Assembly: GCF_009914755.1 (NCBI RefSeq)
Contig: NC_060927.1
Length of the DNA stretch: 64,000 nt
Origin: the human T2T-CHM13v2.0 reference genome, Homo sapiens
Reading direction: 5' to 3' (one strand)
Shown here: positions 13,398 to 27,135 of the stretch, piece after piece
How the letters are laid out: every line of letters starts with the position of its first letter
Position numbering within the stretch: position 1 is the stretch's first letter
The notes under the pieces: generated by a model
Databases searched by the model: none
The model's input: only the letters and a program-made list of their open reading frames with translations
Told to the model about the DNA's origin: nothing
Program-made: the position numbers and the translations under genes

Positions 13398-14615
13398 CTA
13401 AAATAAAGGGATAAACATATGGAAATTTTTTAGAGATTGTCAAATAAAATCTCCAAAGTTTTCTAAATGATCTAGACTAGTTTAAAGAAGCATGATACCT
13501 TTTTAAACCTAGACAAATCTAAATAGCAAACAAAAACAAAATCACAACTGCCACCACCAACAAAATAAAAAAAGGGTAAAATGGAAAATTTTAAACGTCT
13601 GGATTTTTCTAATTGAATTCTAGCTTTAGGCCATGTGTAAAGTTACAGTTAGATTGCATATACAATCTTGCATTGCAAATATTTGCATATACAACCTTGT
13701 ATTTAAAAAGTGCACAATATATCTTCAACATTGAGCAACACAAATTAAGAGGGCAATCTGGATTTCAGTGAACTACACTTCCTAAGCAGCTGGTACAAAA
13801 ACATTGCGTTTTTTTCACACATTTGAGAAACCAAAGATTTCCCTTTTTATAAGACAAATCTCTAAGCCTGGAACCTAGACTTTGTAAAAATAAAAAAAAA
13901 ATAAAAAAAAAGACATAGCTCATCATTTTCTAGACAATGATAATCTCTTAAAATGTGAGATTTCCTAAAGCGCTTGGAAAAGTTTTGCCTCAGCAGCCCA
14001 TAAATTGTTGCTCCTCTCTCTTGATATGACACTAAAATACTTCATTTATTTGTTTGTTTCTAGGAAAAAGTACTCTGGGTTGAATAATTATCTAAGTTAA
14101 ATTATCTAAAAACAATCGAACTGTAACAAAAGGATGAAGCCTTTTTTTCTTTTCTTTTTTTTTTTTAAGGAAAAGATAATATAAGCAAAAAGTTTCCCAA
14201 GGAAATTTGGAAGATTATCGGAGTTTTTTTTTTTTTTAAGAGAAAAAGAATAATCCTCATCATTTAGCATACTCTAAACAAAGCTAGCTAGGATACCAAG
14301 AAAGGATACTGCCAGGGCTGGAATAGGCTAGAAAACTGATTTTCCAGTCTTAGATCTACTTGTCCTTTTGCATAAGAATCCTCTGTATCACTAAAAAAGA
14401 AGGAAAAAAAAACCTACTAAGGTATCCTTTCTCTTTGAGAATGAGTATAATTTGACTTGTGCATGGAAATTAATAGTTGAAAAGGTTACTTGTAGATGTA
14501 TCCCATTTTAACAATATGTACATGCAGCACTGCAAATTATTGTTTTTAACTGCTGCCTGAAGAACTAGCCCGTAGGAATAGGCATTGAAACACTGGACAC
14601 AGAAAACAGAAGTAG

Positions 14616-14988
<373 letters not shown>

Positions 14989-15317
14989 TTACTGTGAAAT
15001 GTCGACTGTAGGATTTACAAGCACTAACCATGTTCTTTACATATCCTGCAAGTGTAGCAGCCTCTCCTCCAATACTCAAATAAGAACAAATACTACAAGA
15101 AGCTTAGCCAAAGGATAATTAGAAGTAATTTTGGAGAGGTGGGGTTGTCTTCCTAACTCTGCAGCTGAGCATTAAGGTAGACAAGGATGGGGCATTTCAG
15201 GGCTTTTTTTCTACTCTTTTTCTCACTTGTTTCTGAACAGGCTTGAATTTCCCTCGTTATCACAGGAAACTGTAGGAATTAGAGAAAGAAGGCTACATCT
15301 GCTGCTTAATAATGATT

Positions 15318-15812
15318 GAGGTTAGTCTCCAAAGATGGCCACCATCAATTTCTTCCCTCCCTGACTCTGCATGTTGCTTCATTCATTACGAGGTAGTATG
15401 TATTCCCCCTGTCCTTGAATCTGGACTGGCCTATGACTTGCATTGATCCAGAGCATTTAGCCGAAATCAAACTTCTAATTTTGAGCTAGTTTAAGGGGAC
15501 TGCCAGCTTCTGCTTTCATTAGAAGCTAGCTACCATGCTGTAAAGAAGTTTAGGCTACAATATTGAAAGAAAGGAGAGAACACATAGAGAAAAAGAGGGC
15601 ACATGAGAAGCTCAAAAGTTCTAGACACGTGAATAAAGTTTTTCTGGACTTTTCAGCCCAAGCCAGCTGAAGCCAGCCCAGTAAGTGACCCAGTCAATAC
15701 CATGTGGAGCAGAAGAAGAGCCTGAGCCCTGCCCAAATTCCTGATCCACAGATCTATGATGGGAGTACTAGATTTTGGAGTAGTTTGTTATGCAGCAATA
15801 GACAACAGAAAT
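15318..15812 (+). mobile_element. MLT1 (H/G-like) MaLR solo LTR
   Basis: ctccaaagatggcc...ccttgaatctggactggcc...gagccctgcccaaattcctga...gtttgttatgcagcaatagacaacagaaa. Confidence 0.8.
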
Positions 15813-17189
15813 AGTGGCAGAATGAAAACAACACTAACTTAGCATATGGCATGAGGAAACATAAGTTCTATTCCTGGTCCTGCCTGGTCCTCCCCAATGA
15901 GCGGAGTCTAGAACTGTACCGAAGCCAGAGTTTGATAGTCTTGTAAAAAGAGAGGGCCAACCTATGGCCTGTGTTTCGCCTTACAAGTGGCTACCAACTG
16001 GGGTGCTGACAGCCCAGAGTGGACCAAGGGCACAAGGAATGCAGTGCTTCTTGGCTTAAAAACTTCTCCTCTATTTACTCCATGCATTAGTTTAAATTGG
16101 ATTAGCCACCACTTATTTTAAAATACAAAAGCCGTTGGGAGCTTTGATACTCAGCAGTCATTCCTACCTGAATGGATTCATTTTCTTTTGCAAAGGAACT
16201 CAAACTGGGTAGGAAGAACTTAGAAGACACGCTTTAGAGGATATAGGCACAGCCTGTTGGCAGTGAGGTGTTGAACAGCTGGTGGAAAGTATGAGCTTAA
16301 AGAGGGCCTCTTTCTCAAAACATTTTATTCCTCTAGCAGGAACATTACTGTAATAAAGACTGCGATGAGACTGGGGCCCTCTAACTTGTATAGTTAATGG
16401 GGAAGTCCTAAGAGTGTAGCAGTCCAGGGCACTTGCTGGGAAAATATGCAGGGATATAAAAACACAAATTTCCAAGTTTTCAATTTTTGCTTAGGGCTCT
16501 GGTGGCAGCCACTGAAGTGCATCTTGAATACCTAAAACCCAAGTAGATCTTGATACAAACAGAATCTGTTTGTCTCAATATAAACACATGGAAAAAGGCA
16601 ACTTTGAATCAGATAAACCTTCTTTTTCAAAGGGATGGTTATACAAAAGCCAAATATGTGAGATAAAAGAGGACTACTCTGGCTGAAGCAGGCTGAGGTA
16701 CCAAGAACCTCGTCCATAGTCTGAAATCCAGTGTATTATCCTTCTAGAGTTTGCTTAATCTTAAAACATTTCTAAACCCTTCAACTATCACTCAGACTTT
16801 ATAAATAGAAATGGAATCACTTGGAGGCAAAAGGGTGGCTTGTCATTTATTCTTCACTATATTATATAATTACACATAAAAGAAAGAGCCAAGAATCAAG
16901 CTTCCAAAACTGTGGGAACTGACTTTACATTTTTATCTTTTCTCATCCTCCACACTCCTCCCAACTAACAATGCTTTAGACATTGATAGCTTTAGTTATT
17001 TGTTTTCATTAAACTGGTCCTCTGTAATAAAAATGCTTGGCTAATTGCCTTGAGGTTTTATGAAACCAACCAGCTAGTGTTAATTGTTATGTGTAACTAA
17101 GACACTGAAGATAAATGTTCATTATATTTACTTTTATGTGTATGTCCTGCCTTCCATTATAGGAGGGCATAGGGTGGGGAACAAAGGAA

Positions 17190-17375
17190 TGCTGAAATAG
17201 ACACAGCTGGGTTCACATCCTATTTTTCTCAGTTATTAGCTGTATAATCTTGGACAAGTTCCTTAATTCCTTGGTCTACTCAACCCCACCTGGCAGGATC
17301 GGGGGAGAACAAAATGAGAACATATGGAGAACACAGCATCTGGCACAGAGCAGACACTCAATAAAGGTAATTATT
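17190..17375 (+). mobile_element. MIR
   Basis: ctgggttcacatcc...cttggacaagttccttaa...tggcacagagcagacactcaataaagg. Confidence 0.7.
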
Positions 17376-19334
17376 CTTTCTTTAAAAAAATTTTTTTATA
17401 ATCAAGTTAAGACAGTGAAATGGATTTAAATACAAAGTTTTATGATTCACTGTTGGAAAACATTAGTTTCTGGCTTTAAAACCTTTATGTAGCTTAGCCC
17501 AGAAAGATTAATTAAAGCTTAAGAGCCCATCACCGTCTTAAGCATGGGATAGCAAACAAATGTACAAGGCAAGAAATTGATAGAGGAGGATAAAGTTGGG
17601 CCACCTGTAGACTACAATGTGCAACATCACCAATTGTAATTGGTGCCCTATAGCAAAGGACCAGAAGATGAGGGCCACTCTATAAGAAGAGAAAAATAAC
17701 TAGCATCAAATCCCTTCATATTGATTGTAATACGCCAGACACTGAGCTTTGCTGTATTAACATGTTTACTCTTCACACAAACTTCTGAGGTATATTCTCT
17801 CATTATCTCCGACATAAAATATGGCCTACTCCTCTGTAAGCCACAGTCTCTGGAAGTGTATGCTAAGGTTTAGATAGCTCTTTGAGAACCCAAGTCACTT
17901 GGCCTGCTACTCTCATTTCTTCCCTGTGTACACATCCCTTCCTATGCTCCATTACCATGGTCCTTCCCATGAATAATCCCATATTTCAGTTTCCTTTACC
18001 TGAGATTCACCAGCTGTAATGCTGAGCCCTAATGCCAAATTGCTTATTAAATTGTTTTCCTTCAAAAACATTCAGATATGATTGGCTGTATTGTTTTGTT
18101 GTTTGTTGAATGATTTTCTTTTTGACTAAATAATCTGAAGAAATTGTTTTTTGAATTTGCTTTTTAATAAGTGGTGTTTCTATCATTCTGCCCCAAATAG
18201 TTGATGCATCATTAGACTTCTATTGAAATGTTAGGTATCTCAGCTGTTTAAATTTAATATGTCAATTTTATTAATTAATTCAATGTAGTCCTGCTATTTC
18301 TTTGTTAAAAAGAGGATAAACTTTCATAGTTTATTATTCATTCATATATTAATTTTTTCAAAAGTGATGTTTGTTTGCATTGTGTTAGGCCTTGTGAGAA
18401 ATACAATAATGACTAAAACATGGCCACTGAAAAAGTTTAGAGGATGGTCAAACCTGTACAGAAAGCCAAGAGAGGTACAAGATAAGTTCTGTAGAAGAGA
18501 CGTGAGAGAGGACTCCTTACAATTCTGGAAAGGGAAGATGATTTCAATTTGTGTATGTGGAAAGGAAAGGAGGTTTTCTAGTGTTTTTGAGGGGTCCTGA
18601 AGAAGGAGAGTCTTGGCTTAGACAAAATAATAAGGAAAGATGTTTTAGGAGGCAGGAAAGTATGGCACCTAGGCAACCAGGCAGTCACTGAGCTGAGCCA
18701 GAACATGGGGATAGTACGAGCTGAGGTTCAGCAGAAAGGCTTCCCTTCCTCTTCTGTTCATCCCTGTTGCATTTTCACTTCACATAATTATGTTTTCGGG
18801 GTTGGGGTTTGACATGCAGACTACTGTGGCCACTGCCCCCAACACACACCATGCTGACAGATTATTATACAGGCTGCAGTGGTGTTTCTGTCCATGGACT
18901 AATTCAAACTCCAGGGGAATAGTGAGGCAGGAATGGCACTGAGGTGGAGTTCTGCTTAGCTTCTAAGTGGGTGTCCTCAGATCACAAGAGAAGCAGACAA
19001 GGGAACCAACACTAACTGTAGGCAGCAGGAACAGGCTAAATATAGCAACCAGAAGACAGGAAAGACGCCCAGTCTTTCTTGAGCAGATGGGTGAACAAGA
19101 AGTGGGAAGTAAAGGAAACGGAAAGTCTCAAGGAGAAAAAGTGGAAAGGCCACGGATGTTCGGAGGAAGCTGTGGTGTACACAAGGGCAAAACACATACA
19201 CGGTGTGAATGAAATCCAAGTCAGAAGCATATGGTATCAGCAGAGGAAGATACCACCAGAAAAAATAGAAGAAGAGCACAAAGAAGACTTTTTAAGAGTA
19301 TTAAAATAAGTGGTATGAGGTGTGAAGCTGTGCA

Positions 19335-19600
19335 GCCATACTGGTGAACAAGCTGGAATATAAATCACAAGCCTTAAAATCAGTATATACTAGGCTTGAC
19401 ACTTACCTTCTCTGTGATTCTGACCAGATAGCAAAGTTCTTTGAGCCTCAGTTTCCTGTTTACAAAATGGTGATAATAATAGTTTCTACCTCATGTGCTT
19501 GTTGGAGGACTGGATTTGAATTACATTAGGTTTTCCAGATTAAATACTTTGCACAGTGCTTAGGACATGGTAAACACTCAATAAATGTGAATTTTATTGT
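19335..19600 (+). mobile_element. MIR (MIRb-like)
   Basis: tttgagcctcagtttcctgtttacaaaatggtgataataatag...cacagtgcttaggacatggtaaacactcaataaatg. Confidence 0.85.
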
Positions 19601-19782
19601 CTCTGAATTTTAATACAATCCTAGAAAGTTATTTCAAAGGATTATGAATGCATGCAAGAATAACTCCCAGGATATTCATCACACATTCAATGGCAACATG
19701 CACACATATGGGCATAGGCACCTCACAGAAATCCTAAATGTCTAATGATGGGTGATTTGGGTAACTTGTGGAACATTTATAA

Positions 19783-20200
<418 letters not shown>

Positions 20201-21889
20201 TAAACAATGATTCTGATTTCAAAAAATATATATATATGCATAGAAAAAAATAATGGATAGTCCCCAAATAGTTTATATTGGTTTCTTTCAAATGGTGGAA
20301 TTATGGGTGATTTTTTCTCTCCTTTTTGCTAATTTTCGGTGGATTTTCTACAATGAAATTGGATCATATTTTTGTAATAAGAAAATCAAATAATGCAAAT
20401 AACATAATAGAGAAGAAAAAAGTGAAAGGTGATTGCCAAGGAGAAAAAAGACATAACTGATTCCAAATCAAACTCCAAGTAATATTCTATACTCTAAACA
20501 AATCTGTATTCTAAACGACACTAAATAGAGAAACTTCTATGAAATAAATTGTAAAAAAAAAAAAAGGTAAATAATTAGCATATTTTGTCCCATGTGCAAA
20601 CCTGGAGTAGTATAGCATTCTTATGGTAAAGGGCTTCCTTCTATATGATTAAAATGAGAACGTTAGTGGATGCTGCTCTTTATGGGTTGCCTAGAAATAA
20701 CGTGATTCTTAAAGATATTTTAAAAATAAAGATGCTTACAAAATCCCCCAGTAAATAGCAGTTCCCATTTTTGGACAGGATGTAAACAAACAAGTTAAAT
20801 GTAAATGGAAATGGCCTTTAGAAATTTTGAACTGAAATTCAAAGCTCAAGATGTCACATTTATGCTATCCAATTATATCATTTCAGAACTGGAAATGTCT
20901 TTAGAGATCATTTATTTCAACCCCTTCTTGTTTACAAATAAAGCAGCTTTTGTATGGCCAGGTAGCTGGGCAAGTAGCAGAAATCCCACTGGTAGGCTTC
21001 CTTGTTTTTCAGCCACTGAAGCACTGCGGTGTCCCACCGCTGACGTCCTCACTACCAGGGAACACTGGATTTGTCCCGACAGGATGGGTTTTCATAACAA
21101 TCACTGAGCCCTTTTCCTTCTACCCCACATCCTCCTGTACTAGCAGTGCTCCTTCCTGACTATTGAAGGCTACAGCAAAGTCACTAAAACCTAAACTCCA
21201 CAGGATTTTGTATCACTTTTCACTCCTTTAGTTTCCCCCAGAAACTTGGATAAAACCTCTACATTAAACAATACTGACTCCTTATAATTTATAAAGTTAA
21301 AAATTGCCTGTGATAAAATTGGGGTGGCCCGGTGAGGCATGAGTCAGGCTTTCTCCAGCCCAGAGCTCCTCGCTGATTGTGCTGCTTCAGCTGGCTCTAA
21401 TAGATAGTGATCATTCAAACCCCTTCTCTTCAGGAGCCCAACAGGGGCTGCAGGGCAAGACCACAAGGTCAAGTATAGGGAGAAACCTTTATTTTTCCCT
21501 GCAAAAATTTTCTCTACCAAATTGCTACTTGACTTATAGCATATCCCTAGAATTGACAAATTACATATCAACTTCACATTCTCTTCATTGGTTTACATGC
21601 GAAGAGTTTCAAATCTCTTTTTGAAGTCAGGTGTTGGCAGGTTAAAATAATTAATTCAGATCACATGCTTGCCGTGGGTGCGACATATGGGGTATGGATT
21701 ACAAATATTTTAAAAATAGTGCATGTAAGGTTCACAAAATTAAGGGAAAGAAATTTCCCTTTATATTCAGCTGTTGCTTATAAGTTTTATTGAGGGACTA
21801 AAAAAGATCTTCATTTCTTACCCCTTTTTATTCTTCGGGTCTACCTGATAAGGCAGAAATTCTTCATTGCCCAGTTATGACTAATAACT

Positions 21890-22070
21890 TCTTTTGTAGA
21901 TAGCGCTAACCACAGACTCTATTTCCCTCAGTTTTCTAATTTGTAAAATAGGAAGCAATTCTAGCAGTGACCTTATAGCGTTGCTTGAGGATTAAAATAG
22001 CTAATACATGTAAAATGCTTAGAACAGAGGACACACTTACAGAAGGTGTTCTATAACTATTAGCACTTAG
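21890..22070 (+). mobile_element. MIR
   Basis: cctcagttttctaatttgtaaaatagg...gaggattaaaatagctaatacatgtaaaatgcttagaacag. Confidence 0.8.
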
Positions 22071-22202
22071 CCACCATTTACAAGGAGAACATGCTCACAC
22101 TAGGATATATTTGAAGCTTGCTTTATATGTAGAAAATCTCATTCCTTATTTGGTATTCAATTAATGTTATTAATATCAATTTTTTCGATCTTTAATATGA
22201 AT

Positions 22203-22340
22203 AAAAATCAGCTGGGGATCTTGTTAAAATGCAGAGTCTGATTTAGTAGGTCTGGGTTGGGGCCTAAGATTCTGCATTTCTAACAATCTCCCAGGGGATG
22301 GGATGCAGCTGGTCCATGGACCACAATTTGGATGGCAAGG
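22203..22340. mobile_element. MER5A/B hAT-Charlie element
   Basis: gatcttgttaaaatgcagagtctgatttagtaggtctgggttggggcctaagattctgcatttctaacaa...ggtccatggaccaca. Confidence 0.85.
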
Positions 22341-24239
22341 ATTTAAATAACTCATCTCACGCTAACCTTCTATTAATATTTACTTCTGAATATCTCTTCC
22401 CGTCATTCTAGGAAGGCTGTGAAGTACTTTACTATCTATCTGATCTAAGGCAATTTTAACAGATGGCTGCATGGTTAGAAGCGTATTTGGTGACAGTCCG
22501 AAAGACCTCTTCTCAACATGGAGTAGGATGCAGCGGGGAGAGAAGCAGGGTGACAAGCTTCCAGGAGAGCCTTCCAATCTCCCTGAGTTAGTTTTGTACT
22601 GAGTAGCTCTATTATTCTATTTAGAGCTAATTCTTAGACCATTAGATATCAGTTTATTCTATTGTAAACACAAACATTTATACAATTTCTCATTAAAAAC
22701 AAGTGAAATATGAATTAATTTTATTGGATTATGCATGCTCTCTTCTGTAACTTTTGACAAAGGCTGTGTATTAAGTATCAGAGAATAAAAGATGCTTTTC
22801 AAACATAAAATGCAATGAAAAGGAAATGGCAAAAATACTTCCATAATTCATGGTATTTAAATTCATCCCTGATTTTCAGAAGATATCTTTCTGAATATAT
22901 GATTTCTGAAAAAATCATAAGTAATATTTATTAAGAACTTTTAGCCTTTAGAAACATGCTTTTATACCTACTGCCATTTTAACATTGTGAGCCATTTTAA
23001 TCTAATTTTGCTTTCCTAGAAGTTGCCTACAAAAAATAATAAAGTAAACAGAAAAGACAAGAACGGTGCCAGAAAACAGGATCATGTGCTACAAATATCT
23101 AAAGTAAAGTAAATAAGCTTACAATCTGGAATAAATATACTGGAAATTGAAATAAAACCTTTAATTAGGACCAACTTCACATAGGTGTAACCAGAGGAAG
23201 AATAAAACCTCACTTGCAGAGTTACAAACCTCATTATTTGCAAAAGTCCTATAACTGCAGTTTAAAATAATTATATGCATATGGTATGTCTTCTTAGCCC
23301 TGTAAAAATTCAAAAGGTATAAAAGGTGTCTCCTAGAAGTGCTTATGTATGGGAGTCTAATTAAATGGCATTTGTGGAGAAATGCTCCCATCTTTTGGGC
23401 TTTTATGCTGTCATTTCTGTGTTGTGTTTTTATAATTAGGCAACCTGACCAATCATTTGGAAACCCATGTAGTTCTCTCCTCCACCAGGACAATAAACAC
23501 AGATGTTACTCTACTTAACAAGGGTTTTCCCCCTCCCCACTTACACGTGATAAGACCAACTGATGAAACCAGCCAGCCAGCACCAGGGCCTCCAGCTGAG
23601 TTTCTCATAGCAATGCTGGCTGGGCAAAACCATCTGCGTGCTCTCCCTTGCTGTTCCTGGCACCAAGGGTAGGCATCTGCACAATGGCTGGCCCAGATAG
23701 AAGGGCCTGAGCCAAGACTGTTTTTCTTATGACAAAGCTAATTGATCCGTGTGAAGATGAAATGTACACACTTGCACAACTTATTCTCTGGGCTAACTGA
23801 CCTCTATAATGTCCCAATAGAGACAGACAAAAAACCGTACCCTGCAGCAAATCCAAGCTGAGGATCAAGTACAGTTTAAGAACTACTTTAAGTAACAACT
23901 GGTAAAAGCAAGTAAGTTTTGGAACAGCCTTGATATTTCTTTCTTTTTTTTTTTTTTTAACATAAACATTACCACTTCTGAGACTTCTGGAAAGAAAAAA
24001 AGGTGAGAAGGAAATAATTCTCTAAATTGCCTGGTTTATTCATATGCCTATCATACTTTTGTTAGTTCATCCCTTAAGTTATACCCCATCTCTCACTAAA
24101 TACCAACAATTCCTATTAGCTTTTTAAATAAGTGGTTGGTAAATGCTGCTGAGAAATGAAGCAACTTTTCAGGCTCTAGAGGACGCCAGAGCAAAGCCTA
24201 AGACATCTCAATACTTGCACAACACACAAAACCCTCAAC

Positions 24240-24800
24240 AGCATTCATTTATTCCTAAACGTTTACTGAGTGCCAGACACAATATCTGGCACAGAAGATA
24301 CAGTGACAAGCGCCTGCAAGAGCCTTATAAGTAAACACAAGTAGTTCTCTGACATTCAAAACGGGAAACATTTGCAGATTACGTAGGACACCCTCCATCT
24401 CAAGATGCTGCTGCTTTAGGTTTGGGGAGGGGCTCTGAAATCTGCAGCTTAACTAGGGCCCCAGCTACTTATTACAAGTGCTGAAAGCTCCTAGCAGAGA
24501 AGGCTCCATGGGACACAAGGTGCTTGGGCTGAGACTGGAAGGGACTCTATTTTGTGGCTACATCAATCACTCTGGTCAGAAGAGACAGTGAAGGGAAACA
24601 ACACAGAAGTATGAGAAAGCATGCTTGGTTTAAGGGAAGTGAAACAGCTATGCATTCCTGAGGGGCTGGGGAGGAGTAAGAGGGAGGACTAATGATAAGG
24701 CTGAACAGGGTGAGACTGTAAAGGGCCCTACAGGGCATACCTTAAAATTGAGGGATTTATCCTAGGGAGAAGGGCTCCTGCAGAATTCTGATGAGGAGTC
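24240..24800 (-). mobile_element. L2 fragment
   Basis: cattcatttattcctaaacgtttactgagtgcc (reverse of the L2 3' end) followed by a purine-rich body. Confidence 0.6.
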
Positions 24801-25012
24801 AAAGCATATGAGTCAGACATACACGATGCACACGTTGGTGTCGTGAAATACTTTGGGTATATGTTGACCATTAATAAAATGGATTAACTCTAAAATTTCT
24901 AATTAACATGGGTTTGTTACTTGAGAACAAGAAAATTATGTAGAGTGTAACCTTTCTATATTCTCATTCCTCCAACTCGCCAAATCCAGAAGCTGCATGT
25001 CATGAACTGTAT

Positions 25013-25933
25013 AGAGTCAGTTCCGTTATAATGCTTGTTTTGAAAATGTGAACTTGTTTCAATGAGATCAATGTATTAGGGAATAATTGAGCATAACCCG
25101 AAGTTCACATTTGCTTACACACAACATCATCCTCAAGAAATAATGGGTGAATGCAGAAAACTCCACATAGATGAACGCAGCTACACGTAGGAATGCAGGA
25201 ATACACAAAATGCCTACATGCATGCAACACAGATATCTGCCAGCTACCTCCATTCCGTGTGTGTTATGGGCTACTTCCATAACCAAATCCATCAGATTCC
25301 ATCCAGATAACTCTCCTCCACCACTTCACAGTGACTCACAAGCTGCAACCCTTCCAATGTCCACTTCCGCAACTGAGCTTCAGGTATTTTTCAAGGTAAA
25401 GTATCATATTTATTGCACTATTTATTTCTTAATCACTTAACGTGTAAAACCACTCTACCACTTTTATTAGGTTCCTACTTTGTTTCATGTGGCACTGATG
25501 ACCTTTTTTTTTAGTGTTGTACCTCGATCCAATTTTCCCCACAAGCCCTGGGGTTTTTATCTTATTATTTTTATTACTATTTTAGAGACAAAGTCTCGCT
25601 GTTACCCAGGCTGGAGTACAGTGGTGTGATCATGGCTCATCGCAGCCCTGAACTCCTAGGTTTAAGCGATCTTTTCACCTCAACCTCCCAAATAGCTAGA
25701 ATTACAGGTGTGTGCCACCAAGCCCAGCTAATTTTTTTTGGTAGAAATGGGGTCTTGCTATGTTGTCCCAGCTGGTCTTGAACTCCTGGCCTCAAGCAAT
25801 CCTCCCACCTCAGCCTCTCAAAGCACTGGGATTACAGGCATGAGTTACTGTGCCTAGACTCCCTGTGGTTTTTAATGCATGTCTTTGCATAGCATAGTGA
25901 TTTTGGGGAACATTTGTCACCTCAGAACTGACA
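25013..25933 (+). mobile_element. Tigger13a-like TcMar transposon, interrupted by AluJ
   Basis: Begins gagtcagttccgttataatgcttgttttgaaaatg and ends cagaactgac (inverted terminus). Confidence 0.7.
25560..25860 (-). mobile_element. AluJ
   Basis: Dimeric Alu; TSD ccctggggttttta (25546-25559) / ccctgtggttttta (25861-25874). Confidence 0.93.
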
Positions 25934-25941
25934 ATTCCGCT

Positions 25942-26275
<334 letters not shown>

Positions 26276-26583
26276 TCATGAAAATCAAATTTATATTTTT
26301 TTCCAGAAAGGTAATTGCAGAAAAGTTTTAGTCTAGACATCATGGTATCACTCAGTGTTTATGAAACAGAAGTGTTACCTGTACTATTGTTCTTTATAGG
26401 GGCTAGGGCTGGTGTTCCCTGTGTCTCCTTCCCAAGAGGGCCCTGCAGCCATGAGCCCCCTCCAACCCAATCTACAGTTGTGGGCAGTGGCTGGGCCTGA
26501 TGGATTTAAGGGTAATCTAGGAATTTTGGCCAATAAGACATAAAGGAAGTCTTGGTGAGTAGCTGTTGAAAACGCCTTTAAGA

Positions 26584-26773
26584 TAGGGTTGCCATATTTA
26601 GAAATAAAAACATAGAACATAGGATTAAATTTGAATTTCATATAAACATCAAATAAAGTTTTTAGTATAAATATGTCCCATGTAATATAAGATACTTATA
26701 CTAAAAAATTTACTCATTATTTATCTGAAATTCAAATGTAACTGGGCATTTTGTGTTTTATCTGGCAAACCTA
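26584..26773. mobile_element. MER53 palindromic hAT MITE
   Basis: TIRs tagggttgcca...tggcaaaccta; internal inverted repeats aatttgaatttca / tgaaattcaaat and tttagtataa / ttatactaaa; flanks cctttaaga / cctttaaaa. Confidence 0.9.
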
Positions 26774-26962
26774 CCTTTAAAAAATGCCCTAGAAGACATG
26801 GTCATTCTCCTCTCGATGTTGGTGAATGGATATGGTGTCTAGAACTATTACAACTGTCTTGCTTTCAACCTGGGGAAGAGTTCGTTCTGGGAAGGGCAGG
26901 GCAGGTCAGGGCAGAGAGATGGCAAGAAACTGCATCCTTGAAGACACAGGTGAGCTTCTAAA

Positions 26963-27135
26963 TTAGTGGTTCTAAACCTTGACTACATATTTGAATACTC
27001 CAGAAAGTTTTTAATAATTACCAATGCCCATGCTCCACTGGAAAGATTCTGACTCAGTTCTTCTGTGACCAGTATTGATTAAAACATTCTCCCAGGCCAT
27101 TCTAACGTATGGTCGGGAATGGGAAGTCCTTGGAA
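26963..27135. mobile_element. MER5-family hAT element
   Basis: tagtggttctaaaccttgactaca...aatgcccatgctccac...gattctgactcag...ctcccaggccattctaac. Confidence 0.65.

Noticed and set aside
18967-19309. Four overlapping ORFs on both strands
   Set aside because: Purine-rich, low-stop intronic sequence; no recognisable protein and no splice-consistent structure.
22874-22918. Adjacent small AT-rich hairpins (ttcagaagat/atctttctgaa; tatgattt/aaatcata)
   Set aside because: Short, imperfect and expected by chance in AT-rich DNA.
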